A stretch of 64,000 nucleotides of DNA from Syntrophomonadaceae bacterium. Lineage in GTDB: Bacteria; Bacillota; Syntrophomonadia; Syntrophomonadales; Syntrophomonadaceae. Both the position numbers and the translations under genes were made by a program. The notes below the pieces were generated by a model. It did not search any database. It was not told where the DNA came from and saw only the letters and a list, made by a program, of their open reading frames with translations. Positions 25,580-34,092 of this stretch are shown here, in pieces (positions within the stretch are counted from its first letter, which is position 1; every line of letters starts with the position of its first letter). The stretch lies in assembly GCA_050949825.1 (NCBI GenBank), contig JBMNGL010000013.1, positions 11,038 to 75,037 on the forward strand. Reading direction: 5' to 3'.

Positions 25580-27345
25580 GCATTCCTGTAATGCTTAAGA
25601 ACGATCTTTGAAAAAAGAGACGCCCATCAATACAATTGAATTGTGCTGATCCGCGACAGAAAGGCACAAAACAAAAGATTGAGGAGGCGTCCCTATATGA
25701 AAAGTACACAAAACGAGAAGATTTCGCAAATTAAATTTGAGACCCTGGTTGTTGGAATTGACATTGGTAAAGAGACCCACTATGCAAGAGCCTTTGATTA
25801 CAGAGGGATAGAGCTGGCCAGGCTGTTGAAATTTAGCAACACAGACCAAGGATTTGAACGATTGGACCAGTGGATGCGTGATATATGTAAGCAGCAAGAG
25901 AAGACTGAGATCATTGTCGGCTTTGAACCCACAGGACATTACTGGTTTACGCTAGGGGATCATCTCAAACGCCAAGGACACAAACTGGCCATAGTCAACC
26001 CGTTCCACGTCAAGCGAACCAAAGAACTGGATGACAATAGTCCTACCAAGAACGACCGTAAAGACCCGAAAACTATCGCCATGTTGGTGAAAGATGGACG
26101 TTATCGGGAAGTGTACATACCCGACGACATCTATCAAGAACTAAGAGAAGCGGTATCAGAACGGGAACGGCTGCAGGAGCAATTGACTTCTATTTACAAC
26201 AGGGTCGTTAGATGGCTTGACATCCGGTTTCCAGAGTTCACAACAGTCTTCAAGGACTGGAGAAGAAACGCAGCATTGATGGCTCTCAGAAGCTTTCCAA
26301 CACCAGAGAAGGTTATGGAAATGGGTGTTGATGCGATTGTCGAGACGTGGAGAAAGCAAATGAAGCGCGCCAGCCTAAAACGTGCAGAAAGACTGGTAAA
26401 AGCGGCAAGTAGAAGCGTAGGTCGAACTAGCGGTAAAGTGGCCTCCGAGGCCAGCTTGCAAAACCTGCTGGCAGAATATGACCTGTACTGTCAGCAATAC
26501 GACAAGCAAGAACAGCTCATGCAAGAACTGCTGATGCAAGTACCTAATGCTGATAAACTCCTGGATATCAAAGGGGTTGGCCTGATAACAGCAGCCACCT
26601 TTGTCGGCGAAGTAGGCGATATCAGTAGGTTCCAAGATCCTAGACAAATACAGAAGCTGGCTGGACTCAATCTGGTAGAGAACAGTTCCGGCAAACACAA
26701 GGGAAAGACCACTATCAGCCGTAGGGGTAGAAGACGACTGAGACACAGCTTATTCTTTTCCATGATTGCCATGCTGGGAAAAAACCAAGAGTTTCGGCTA
26801 CTTCACCAAAGAAACCTGATGCGGGAAAATAATCCGCTCAACAAGATGCAGTCCATCATCGCACTCTGCGGTAAGTTGATCCGGGTCTTCTTTGCAATAC
26901 TAACCAAAGGCGTTGATTACAGCCCAGAGAAGATGCTGGGGGACATGGAGCAGTCAATTAGAGTAGCCGCCTAGATTGGCAATAGAGACTATACCATAGC
27001 GATTGTTATCCCGTTATTGCCAGCATAAGATGGCTACCCGCAGTCACTTAAATGCAGCGATGAACGAAGCTTCAAGAACCAAATATCACGATAAAAACGG
27101 GAGCCGGGACAGTCAGGTTGAATTTCACCATAAGGGCAATGACCCCGCTTAGGAGCATGACTGACGTTCCACCTCTTGGATAGGCAGGACGAAGGAATTA
27201 AGGGCTTTAGACCCAGGAAGACATGGGAGGGTTGCTGCCAGGAGATGGTGTGGAATCCCACTGGCCACAATACAAGAAACCAAGCGGCTTAGCGGAGCTC
27301 TACTCACCATCACCCATAATTACACATAGATGTAACAAACAAGAG
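25580..27345 (+). mobile_element. IS110-family insertion sequence (boundaries approximate)
   Basis: Contains the transposase below and long non-coding flanks. No terminal inverted repeats were seen, as expected for this family. The left limit is set by the preceding terminator and the right limit by the IS256 end. Confidence 0.5.
25697..26974 (+). CDS. IS110-family transposase (DEDD N-terminal domain plus Transposase_20 C-terminal domain)
   Basis: LVVGIDIGKETHYA at the N-terminus. LLDIKGVGLITAATFVGEVGDISRF ... LAGLNLVENSSGKHKGKTTISRRGRRRLR at the C-terminus. ATG 25697 lies behind gaggagg. Listed ORF is 25643..26974. Confidence 0.9.
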   Translation: MKSTQNEKISQIKFETLVVGIDIGKETHYARAFDYRGIELARLLKFSNTDQGFERLDQWMRDICKQQEKTEIIVGFEPTGHYWFTLGDHLKRQGHKLAIVNPFHVKRTKELDDNSPTKNDRKDPKTIAMLVKDGRYREVYIPDDIYQELREAVSERERLQEQLTSIYNRVVRWLDIRFPEFTTVFKDWRRNAALMALRSFPTPEKVMEMGVDAIVETWRKQMKRASLKRAERLVKAASRSVGRTSGKVASEASLQNLLAEYDLYCQQYDKQEQLMQELLMQVPNADKLLDIKGVGLITAATFVGEVGDISRFQDPRQIQKLAGLNLVENSSGKHKGKTTISRRGRRRLRHSLFFSMIAMLGKNQEFRLLHQRNLMRENNPLNKMQSIIALCGKLIRVFFAILTKGVDYSPEKMLGDMEQSIRVAA

Positions 27346-27349
27346 ATGG

Positions 27350-28858
27350 GCTGTCCGTAAACAAAATGTAATCGTGAGAAAACAAGCGATACTGGAAGTA
27401 TAGCTTAGTTTATTAAGGGAGGTTATCAAATGGCAAAATCAAAGAACATTCTCACGGACAAAGAAATGGAGCTGGTAAGTCTGCTGATGCAAGACTGCCA
27501 AAGCACCGGGGACATTCAGACGAAGTTGAAACGCTTGTTTGCAGGAACGATTGAACAGATGCTTGAAGCCGAAATGGATGAACATTTAGGCTATGAAAAG
27601 CATTCGGTAGAGGGCAACAATAGCGGTAATTCACGCAATGGGTACAATCACAAGAGCATTATCAGCGATTATGGTGAAAGCGAAGTCGCCATACCCCGCG
27701 ACCGTAACGGTGAATTTGAACCAAGAATTCTTGGAAAGCGACAAACACGAACCGATGAAATTGAGCAGAAGATAATGGCGATGTACTCTAAAGGTATGTC
27801 ACAGCGCGACATAGAGGATAATCTGCGCGAAATATACGGGGCAGATATCTCACAAACCTTGATTTCAAAGATCACAGATAAAATTTTACCGGAAGTAAAT
27901 GAATGGCAAAACCGTCCGCTGGAAGCGATTTACCCTATAGTTTACTTTGACGGCATTATGTTCAAAAGCCGTAAAGACAGCCAAATTATTAACAAGTGTG
28001 TCTATTCAGTCTTGGGCATTGATATGAACGGCCAGAAGGATATTTTAGGGATTTGGATAAGCGAGAACGAGGGTGCTTCATTTTACGCAAGCATTTGCTC
28101 CGACCTTAAGAAACGCGGTGTTACAGACATTTTTATCGCTTGCCACGATAACCTGAAAGGGCTTGGAGAAGCCATTAACGCAGTATTTCCAAAGACTAAG
28201 CAGCAGTTATGCATAGTACACCAAATCCGCAATTCAACTAAGTTTGTGCAATACAAGGACAGAAAGCAAATCTGTGCTGATCTCAAGAAAATCTACGGCG
28301 CAGTAAATCTTGATGATGCGGAGTATGCAAAAGAAGAGTTTCGGGAAAAATGGGATAAAAAATACCCATCGATTATGCGCTCCTGGGATGCAAATTGGGC
28401 TGAACTTACTACATTTTTCAACTATCCCGAGCAGATAAGGCATTTAGTCTATACGACCAATGCAGTCGAAGCATATCACAGAATGGTGCGCAAATTCACG
28501 AAAGCAAAGGCGATTTTCCCGACTGACGACTCAATAAGAAAGGTTGTTTTCCTGTCGGTCAAGGAAATCGCGAAAAAATGGACGAAGCCGGCGCGAGATT
28601 GGGCAATGGCATACAGCCAGATTATGATTTTCTTTGCAGATAGATTTGCGGCTTAAAGGCCGCCTGGGGGCTCTGCCCCCAAACCCCCGAGATTTATCCG
28701 CTTGGGGCTTACCGGTGAAACGAAAAACAGCGAGCAATAAACCCGCTGTTTCACCGTATAAGCCGTAGCATGCGTGGGGTTGCTCCTCAGCATTGCCCTG
28801 TTTGTGCTACTATAAAAGTATTAACGAAATTTTGGATGATTATTCCGTTTACACTAAA
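27350..28858 (+). mobile_element. IS256-family insertion sequence (boundaries approximate)
   Basis: The transposase gene is flanked by imperfect inverted ends around ccgtaaacaaaatgtaatc (27355-27373) and the reverse of gattattccgtttac (28838-28852). Confidence 0.45.
27430..28656 (+). CDS. IS256-family (Mutator-type) transposase
   Basis: 408 aa. YPIVYFDGIMFKSR ... GIDMNGQKDILGIWISENEGASFY ... CIVHQIRNS ... TTNAVEAYHRMVRK are the family-typical blocks. Confidence 0.9.
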   Translation: MAKSKNILTDKEMELVSLLMQDCQSTGDIQTKLKRLFAGTIEQMLEAEMDEHLGYEKHSVEGNNSGNSRNGYNHKSIISDYGESEVAIPRDRNGEFEPRILGKRQTRTDEIEQKIMAMYSKGMSQRDIEDNLREIYGADISQTLISKITDKILPEVNEWQNRPLEAIYPIVYFDGIMFKSRKDSQIINKCVYSVLGIDMNGQKDILGIWISENEGASFYASICSDLKKRGVTDIFIACHDNLKGLGEAINAVFPKTKQQLCIVHQIRNSTKFVQYKDRKQICADLKKIYGAVNLDDAEYAKEEFREKWDKKYPSIMRSWDANWAELTTFFNYPEQIRHLVYTTNAVEAYHRMVRKFTKAKAIFPTDDSIRKVVFLSVKEIAKKWTKPARDWAMAYSQIMIFFADRFAA

Positions 28859-28864
28859 GCGTGT

Positions 28865-30028
28865 TCAGAACCATTTGCTGCTTTTAATTAGGTCGTACCA
28901 GTTGAAGTTCATTCCCATAAAACGCTCGATTTCATCAATTTTTATTGTGCTCAATTTACCTTCTAAAATTTTAAACTCAGAGCGAATTTCTTTAATGAAG
29001 TTATAAAGTTGCTGCTTGTCCATAAATAGCGATAATGAAAATATAAGAGAATAAATTCCTCGACGGGCATTTAGACGTTTGTTTTTTCGAGAAGTATTTA
29101 ATCTCCTTCTATGAGCCGGATTAACAGCATATGGTAATTTGTGTCCAAAATTCATGAAGTTATCATCAATGGGGACCCTTATCTTTGAAAGATAGAATCT
29201 CTCGTTGTGAGCACACGTATTTCTGAATAAACTTAGTACCTGTAAAATACGGGAGGTATTTATAATATGTAGATCATCAGAGATGCAAGAGAAATTATTA
29301 ATACCTAGAGTTTTTATCATATGGAGTTGAACATCTTTCTTTTGTAGTGTAAATAGATGGCTGACATTTCCAAAAGTTAAGACATTCATTAAGATCCACA
29401 TTGGCATGTAACCATGCTGCTCTAAGTAAGATTTTATTGAATCATTTTTATTTTTTCTTTGCTGCCCAAGTGTTCGGTATACCGTAGAGATGTAATTGTC
29501 ATAAACTGAAAGTCTATCCAATGTAGAAAATTTTCCATTTGGCCGAGTTCTATGTACTGTTGTGCTGACAATTCCATAACTATCGATATTATGTATGCTG
29601 TAAGAAGAAGTCAAATCGTAATATTTTCTCCGAAGATATTCACTGTCTCTATGAAGAATTGATTTTTCAACATCTGAATTATCAGGGTTACCGTTGAGAT
29701 GGTAGTTGTAGAAAGATTGTACAATCTGGTTTTTTATAATTTCTTCAACCCTTAATATTTCTTTCAGAAAAATGAGGCGAAGGTTTGCGTCAAAGATTAA
29801 TAGCGCCTCTAACTCACTTAATCTAGTACCAGTTTTGTATTTCTCAACACTACTGGATCCCTGGTAAAGGAAGGGGTCTTTATAAGCGTTAATCAAATTA
29901 TAATAATTATATTTCTTAAGAAGCTCTTTTTCCTCGCTTCCATTAGGAATAGTCATATTCCGGCTTCTTAATATTTTGATTCTTTCGCTGTGTGTAGAAA
30001 AATATTTTTCCAAAATTAATTCCCCCAT
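28865..30028 (-). CDS. Abi_2-family abortive-infection protein (AbiD/AbiF-like)
   Basis: 387 aa and AT-rich. LLIFDANLRLIFLKEILRVEEIIKNQIVQSF ... NTCAHNERFY matches the Abi_2 pattern as I recall it. No convincing SD precedes the start. Confidence 0.7.
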   Translation of the reverse strand: MGELILEKYFSTHSERIKILRSRNMTIPNGSEEKELLKKYNYYNLINAYKDPFLYQGSSSVEKYKTGTRLSELEALLIFDANLRLIFLKEILRVEEIIKNQIVQSFYNYHLNGNPDNSDVEKSILHRDSEYLRRKYYDLTSSYSIHNIDSYGIVSTTVHRTRPNGKFSTLDRLSVYDNYISTVYRTLGQQRKNKNDSIKSYLEQHGYMPMWILMNVLTFGNVSHLFTLQKKDVQLHMIKTLGINNFSCISDDLHIINTSRILQVLSLFRNTCAHNERFYLSKIRVPIDDNFMNFGHKLPYAVNPAHRRRLNTSRKNKRLNARRGIYSLIFSLSLFMDKQQLYNFIKEIRSEFKILEGKLSTIKIDEIERFMGMNFNWYDLIKSSKWF

Positions 30029-30033
30029 ATATG

Positions 30034-30140
30034 TAGAAAGACCGAGGGCAACGAATTACCCGCGGTCTTTAATCGATCTTTTCTAAATAAATTATAACAC
30101 AGCTTGAATTTGAATCAATAGCAAAATACATAATAATTCC
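30034..30140 (+). repeat. Diverged direct repeat R1 (hairpin-containing element-terminus sequence)
   Basis: Aligns over ~107 nt with 30177-30283. It contains the hairpin agaccg ... cggtct followed by ttaatcgatc. Confidence 0.75.
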
Positions 30141-30176
30141 AAAACGACCAAAAATTTGATTGGTGAAGATGAAAAT

Positions 30177-30283
30177 TAGAAAGGCTGGAGGTTAGAGAAA
30201 CCCGCAGCCTTTAATCGATCATCCAGTGAATGTATAATATCACATGGTTTTGATCGAATCAACAGTATTTTACCCATAATTGC
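30177..30283 (+). repeat. Diverged direct repeat R2
   Basis: Homologous to R1. Its hairpin is aggctg ... cagcct, with two compensatory pair changes relative to R1. It is preceded by ggtgaagatgaaaattag (30162-30179), which matches the 3' end of the decayed recombinase gene at 35552-35570. Confidence 0.75.
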
Positions 30284-30580
30284 TGATTCTATACTGGCTA
30301 GAGATAGAGAAACTACATATAGTTAATATATGCAGATAAATCAAAAAGTAGTACAACATTGGAAGAAAAAAATCCTAAAAAGCGAAAATTGGCTATTTAA
30401 GCAGTGATATTCTTTAGGGGAACTATGGGTCCTAAACCAAATAAAAAGCGGACACGGGGCAAACTGGGGGCTCGATTTTTTAGACTCCGTAAAATTATAA
30501 TGTTTTAGCGTGATTTTGTTATAACGATTTAGCTCATTCTATTGTGGTGGGCTTTTATTTATTCCTTAAATTATCAGGAA

Positions 30581-30651
30581 CCCATTTAGATGGAATCTTG
30601 CTTCGGTAGAGTACCGAGGTAGAGGGCATCTAGGGTGGGTTATTTTTTATT
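30581..30651 (+). terminator. Long hairpin plus T-run (element-end terminator, copy 1)
   Basis: cccatttagatg ... catctagggtggg with an inner cttcggta/taccgagg stem, followed by ttattttttatt. Homologous to 35625-35706. Confidence 0.55.
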
Positions 30652-30720
30652 GCAGAAAACTGATAGCTACTAAGAATATCAACTTTTTACTTGACATTTT
30701 GAAATATACTAGTTTTCTAT

Positions 30721-30742
30721 TTATCCTTTTAGAATCATGGAG
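30721..30742 (+). other. att-like junction core, copy 1
   Basis: ttatccttttagaatcatggag matches 35809-35830 at 19 of 22 positions. The two sequences diverge completely after ...catggag. Confidence 0.55.
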
Positions 30743-30773
30743 AAATGGCATATTTGTATTTAACATTAGCAGG

Positions 30774-31115
30774 ATGAATGAGTTTATTGACGCCCATTCA
30801 GAGCAATTGACTACTGATGTTATTGATGTTGCCTATTATTATAATTTAGTGAAGCACCATGAGTTTAAAGATGACTATGTTCGGCAGGCTGATCTGGAAC
30901 GTCCGGTTATCCTGGCTGAAATTGCGCCAGACAGGTTAGAGATGGGTATGGGAGTAAATCCGAACATTTACTATGAGCGGGGATATAATTTAATTGACGG
31001 ACATCACCGGGTTGTCAAAGCCCACTGGTTGGGCGTCAAAACATTGCCCGCTTATATTTTCCGCATGGAACAGCATATAAATTTCCTGGCGCAAGGTGTT
31101 ACTGCCACCCCATAA
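30774..31115 (+). CDS. ParB/sulfiredoxin-fold (ParB-like nuclease domain) protein
   Basis: 113 aa from ATG 30774. YNLIDGHHRVVKAHWLG contains the DGHHR motif of ParB N-terminal-like domains. Listed ORF is 30699..31115. Confidence 0.6.
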   Translation: MNEFIDAHSEQLTTDVIDVAYYYNLVKHHEFKDDYVRQADLERPVILAEIAPDRLEMGMGVNPNIYYERGYNLIDGHHRVVKAHWLGVKTLPAYIFRMEQHINFLAQGVTATP

Positions 31116-31199
31116 TGTCCAGCAATAGACGATGTTAAATGTCCAAAAACTGACGGACGTAGTGACCGAAGATATTAGCCCCATTGGGGGCAGGGAGAA

Positions 31200-32000
31200 C
31201 TAACTCAATTCTCCCTGAACAACAAACTTCACCATGTGATCATCAATAATATTTCGATTGTTTTGTGCTCCATATATCAGGCAATGAGTACAAACCTTGT
31301 TTACCATTCTGGCAGCTCCACTAGAAAACTTAAATATCTCATCTACAGCATTATCCGAAAAAATATCATGGTCGGCACCGGCATAAGCCAGGTGTGTTTT
31401 AATGTATTCGCCTACTTCTGCCCGGTCCAGATAAGGCAACTTGCACTGCAGGTCAATGCGCTGCCTGATTGCTGCGTAAGATTGGAGTTTAAGCCGTTCC
31501 CAGAGTTCGTTTTGTCCTACCAGGATTAAAGCCATCGGGCTCTGTGCATCCATTTTGAAGTTTAGTAGGAAACGGACTTCTTCCAGCATTTCTTTGTCTA
31601 AAAGATGGGCTTCATCTACGATAACCACGGGCTCTAGATGATGGATGCCTTGCATAAGTTCAATCTCTTTATGTAATTGGCGTTTGGCATCGCCCCGATA
31701 GAACTTGGCCTCACAACCTAATTGTTCAAGGAGACCTTTGTAAAAATGCCGGGGGGTCAATTTGGAATCAGCCAGGTACATCATCATAAACCGGGATGTA
31801 TCTAAAGTTTCTTTAAGCTTACGTATGGTGGTAGTCTTGCCGGTTCCACAGTCCCCGGTTAACACTGCAAACATCTGGCGCTGAGCGGTATATTCTAAAC
31901 GTCCCAGGGTTTCTTCCAGCATATGCGATTGATACAACTGATCAGTGGGGATATCCCTGGAAAACGGTGTTCTTTCCAGACCATAAAAACTCTCAAACAT
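31200..32000 (-). CDS. AAA+ ATPase, transposition helper (TniB/ExeA-like)
   Basis: Walker A GDCGTGKTT and Walker B VVIVDEAHLL. Its start overlaps the transposase stop by 8 nt. Confidence 0.85.
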   Translation of the reverse strand: MFESFYGLERTPFSRDIPTDQLYQSHMLEETLGRLEYTAQRQMFAVLTGDCGTGKTTTIRKLKETLDTSRFMMMYLADSKLTPRHFYKGLLEQLGCEAKFYRGDAKRQLHKEIELMQGIHHLEPVVIVDEAHLLDKEMLEEVRFLLNFKMDAQSPMALILVGQNELWERLKLQSYAAIRQRIDLQCKLPYLDRAEVGEYIKTHLAYAGADHDIFSDNAVDEIFKFSSGAARMVNKVCTHCLIYGAQNNRNIIDDHMVKFVVQGELS

Positions 32001-33348
32001 GGCTTTCCCCCTCCTTCCTTACCTTCCGGTAGGAGACAGCAGGGATTTGGTGTTCTTTACGCTCCTGGTTTTTCCTGGCGGCTGCATTTAGTAGCCTTGA
32101 AGAATTAGCTGGAGCCTTCTGTAAATGCTCGGGTAGTTTAGGCCTGGGAGCACTCCGCTCTCCGATAACCAGTTCTTTAGCTTTAAAAGGTTTGTGGCCT
32201 TCGTATTCAATAGTAAGTTCGCTGATATCGGCTGGATCATAGATAACATCTACCTTGCAGCCAATAAAGGTTAGTCCTACTTCGTATTTTTTCCCCGCAA
32301 AACTGATGCAGCCTGCCTTATCTACTTTTCTTTCTTCGCAATGGAGGAAAGCACTGGCTATTGTTTCGGGGTCTAGAAATTTTAATGCTTTCCTGTCACT
32401 GCGATAAGCAGTCTGAGGACTAATGTTTCCTTCTAACCCGGAATGGGGCTTGTTCTGATAACACTCCTCCAACCAGACCTCAAATAGCTGGTTTAATTTA
32501 TCCAGGGTTTGAGGTTTCTCCAGAACCGCTTCAGCCAGGAAGGAATCTACTACCCGGTTAAATCGTTCTGATTTCCCGGTAGCTTCAGGGGAATAGGGCT
32601 TGGCAAAGAGTAAGCGAATCCCCATTTTAGCGCAAGCTCTTTTCATCCATTTGGTTCGATACTGGCTACCGTTATCGAAATATACTTTCTCTGGTACCCC
32701 ATATTTTAAAATGGCCTGGCGGAAAGCATCTTCTACGATTACCTGATCCAAAGTGGGATAGAACTGACCATGCAAAATATATCTGGTCGCATCATCCACG
32801 AAGGTCACAAGATAAACCTGCTTCTTTTTCCCGTCTTTGCCTATGGGTAGGTATGGGCCATATTTTATGTCGGAATGCCAAAGTTGGTTACGGTATTTCT
32901 TCTGGTAACGCCGGGCAGCTGTACCGGTATCGGCATACATACGCATGTGCCGGGCGCTGTAACCTCGTTCGGCCAGTTTCTCTTGCAGGGTACTGCGCTT
33001 GATTTGTCCTGGCTCTACCACCCCTTCCCATTCTAGAATTTGAATAATCTGTGCAATGCTACGGCTCGGTACCTGCCTGCGCAAAAGGATTGCCTGTTCC
33101 AGGATGTTAACCGGTATTGCTTCGTCACTTCGTCGCTCGCCCTTACCTTTGGGTTTGAGTCCGCTAAAACCATCCTTCTGATACTGGGCCAGGTATCTGC
33201 GCAGGGTACGTTCGGATATGCCGGTCTGTTCGCATATCCTGGCTTTAATCTGCCTGGCCTGAGCGCTATCCAGCCCTTCGGCCAGGAGTGGGGACAGGAT
33301 TTGCACTCGCTGCTCGGCAATTTCGTCTGCTTTCTTTTGGTCTCTCAT
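31993..33348 (-). CDS. DDE transposase/integrase (rve core, Mu-like)
   Basis: N-terminal HTH region. WHSDIKYGPY ... VTFVDDATRY ... YFDNGSQYRT ... PYSPEATGKSERFNRV forms the D,D(35)E core. Confidence 0.9.
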   Translation of the reverse strand: MRDQKKADEIAEQRVQILSPLLAEGLDSAQARQIKARICEQTGISERTLRRYLAQYQKDGFSGLKPKGKGERRSDEAIPVNILEQAILLRRQVPSRSIAQIIQILEWEGVVEPGQIKRSTLQEKLAERGYSARHMRMYADTGTAARRYQKKYRNQLWHSDIKYGPYLPIGKDGKKKQVYLVTFVDDATRYILHGQFYPTLDQVIVEDAFRQAILKYGVPEKVYFDNGSQYRTKWMKRACAKMGIRLLFAKPYSPEATGKSERFNRVVDSFLAEAVLEKPQTLDKLNQLFEVWLEECYQNKPHSGLEGNISPQTAYRSDRKALKFLDPETIASAFLHCEERKVDKAGCISFAGKKYEVGLTFIGCKVDVIYDPADISELTIEYEGHKPFKAKELVIGERSAPRPKLPEHLQKAPANSSRLLNAAARKNQERKEHQIPAVSYRKVRKEGESHV

Positions 33349-33397
33349 GCTGATTACCTCCTTTTTCAGGTTTCAGCATGAGTGTAAAGCTATACTG

Positions 33398-33883
33398 TTA
33401 TGGACAAAAGGCGAAACGGGTATGTATCCATAAATTTAAGTTGGCTATGGGGCGGACAACTCTGGCTAGCCATCCCGGAGCATCCCCTACATAATGCCAA
33501 ATCCTTTGGAGCTTGGACTCAGGAAGATCGGATTTATCTTCCACAGATTCTTTGCCATAACGGATTGTAATTGATTCCAGGCAACCTTGAAAGTAATCGA
33601 CCTTCTCATTAAACCATTTTCTCCATCGGTTCAGAGTAGATTCATCAGAGATAACACTAAGCTCTGAATCATTGCTAACCACTGCCTCAATACTTTCACT
33701 AACATGGAGTTTGTATGGCACAAGCATATCCGGTAGTTCGTGGTGGATACGGTTACATTCAATGCATCTTAACCTACGAATGATTAAAACTATCTTTTCC
33801 CCTGAGGCAGTGATACATTTTCTCTGGCGGCTACCGATTACTTTTAATTTTCCACTACAACACGGGCAGGGAAGTTGCTCCAA
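33398..33883 (-). CDS. Zinc-ribbon protein of the transposon (DUF6431-like)
   Basis: CPCCSGKLKVIGSRQRK ... RRLRCIECNRIHHELPDMLVPYK. It is the first gene of the element. The N-terminal 48 codons are duplicated at 38189-38332. Confidence 0.65.
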   Translation of the reverse strand: MEQLPCPCCSGKLKVIGSRQRKCITASGEKIVLIIRRLRCIECNRIHHELPDMLVPYKLHVSESIEAVVSNDSELSVISDESTLNRWRKWFNEKVDYFQGCLESITIRYGKESVEDKSDLPESKLQRIWHYVGDAPGWLARVVRPIANLNLWIHTRFAFCP

Positions 33884-34092
33884 GCTCCTAACAAAAAACT
33901 CCCTTATCGGGGTTTAAATCTAATTGATAATTTGTTACAATTACCATACCTTTGGGGGACGCTTCTGGTGCTTCTGTTGGAGCAGTTGCACATTTAACAG
34001 AGGCGTCTTTTCCTTTCCCTAAGATATGGTCATTATATCCAGCAATTCTCGGTCAGGCAATACCGTCAGCTTTTGGACGGTTTAGGTTGGCT

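Larger units (their letters stand above)
31134..34086 (-). mobile_element. Three-gene Mu/Tn552-like transposon (zinc-ribbon protein, DDE transposase, AAA+ ATPase) with imperfect terminal inverted repeats
   Basis: The left end ttaaatgtccaaaaactgacgg ... tgaccgaagat (from 31135) matches the reverse complement of the right end (cctaaaccgtccaaaagctgacgg ... tgaccgagaat, ending 34086). A second copy of the right end at 37983 fixes that terminus. Confidence 0.7.

Noticed and set aside
27034-27270. Minus-strand ORF downstream of the IS110 transposase
   Set aside because: It has no SD and lies in the probable non-coding end of the IS, where a structured RNA is the more likely product.
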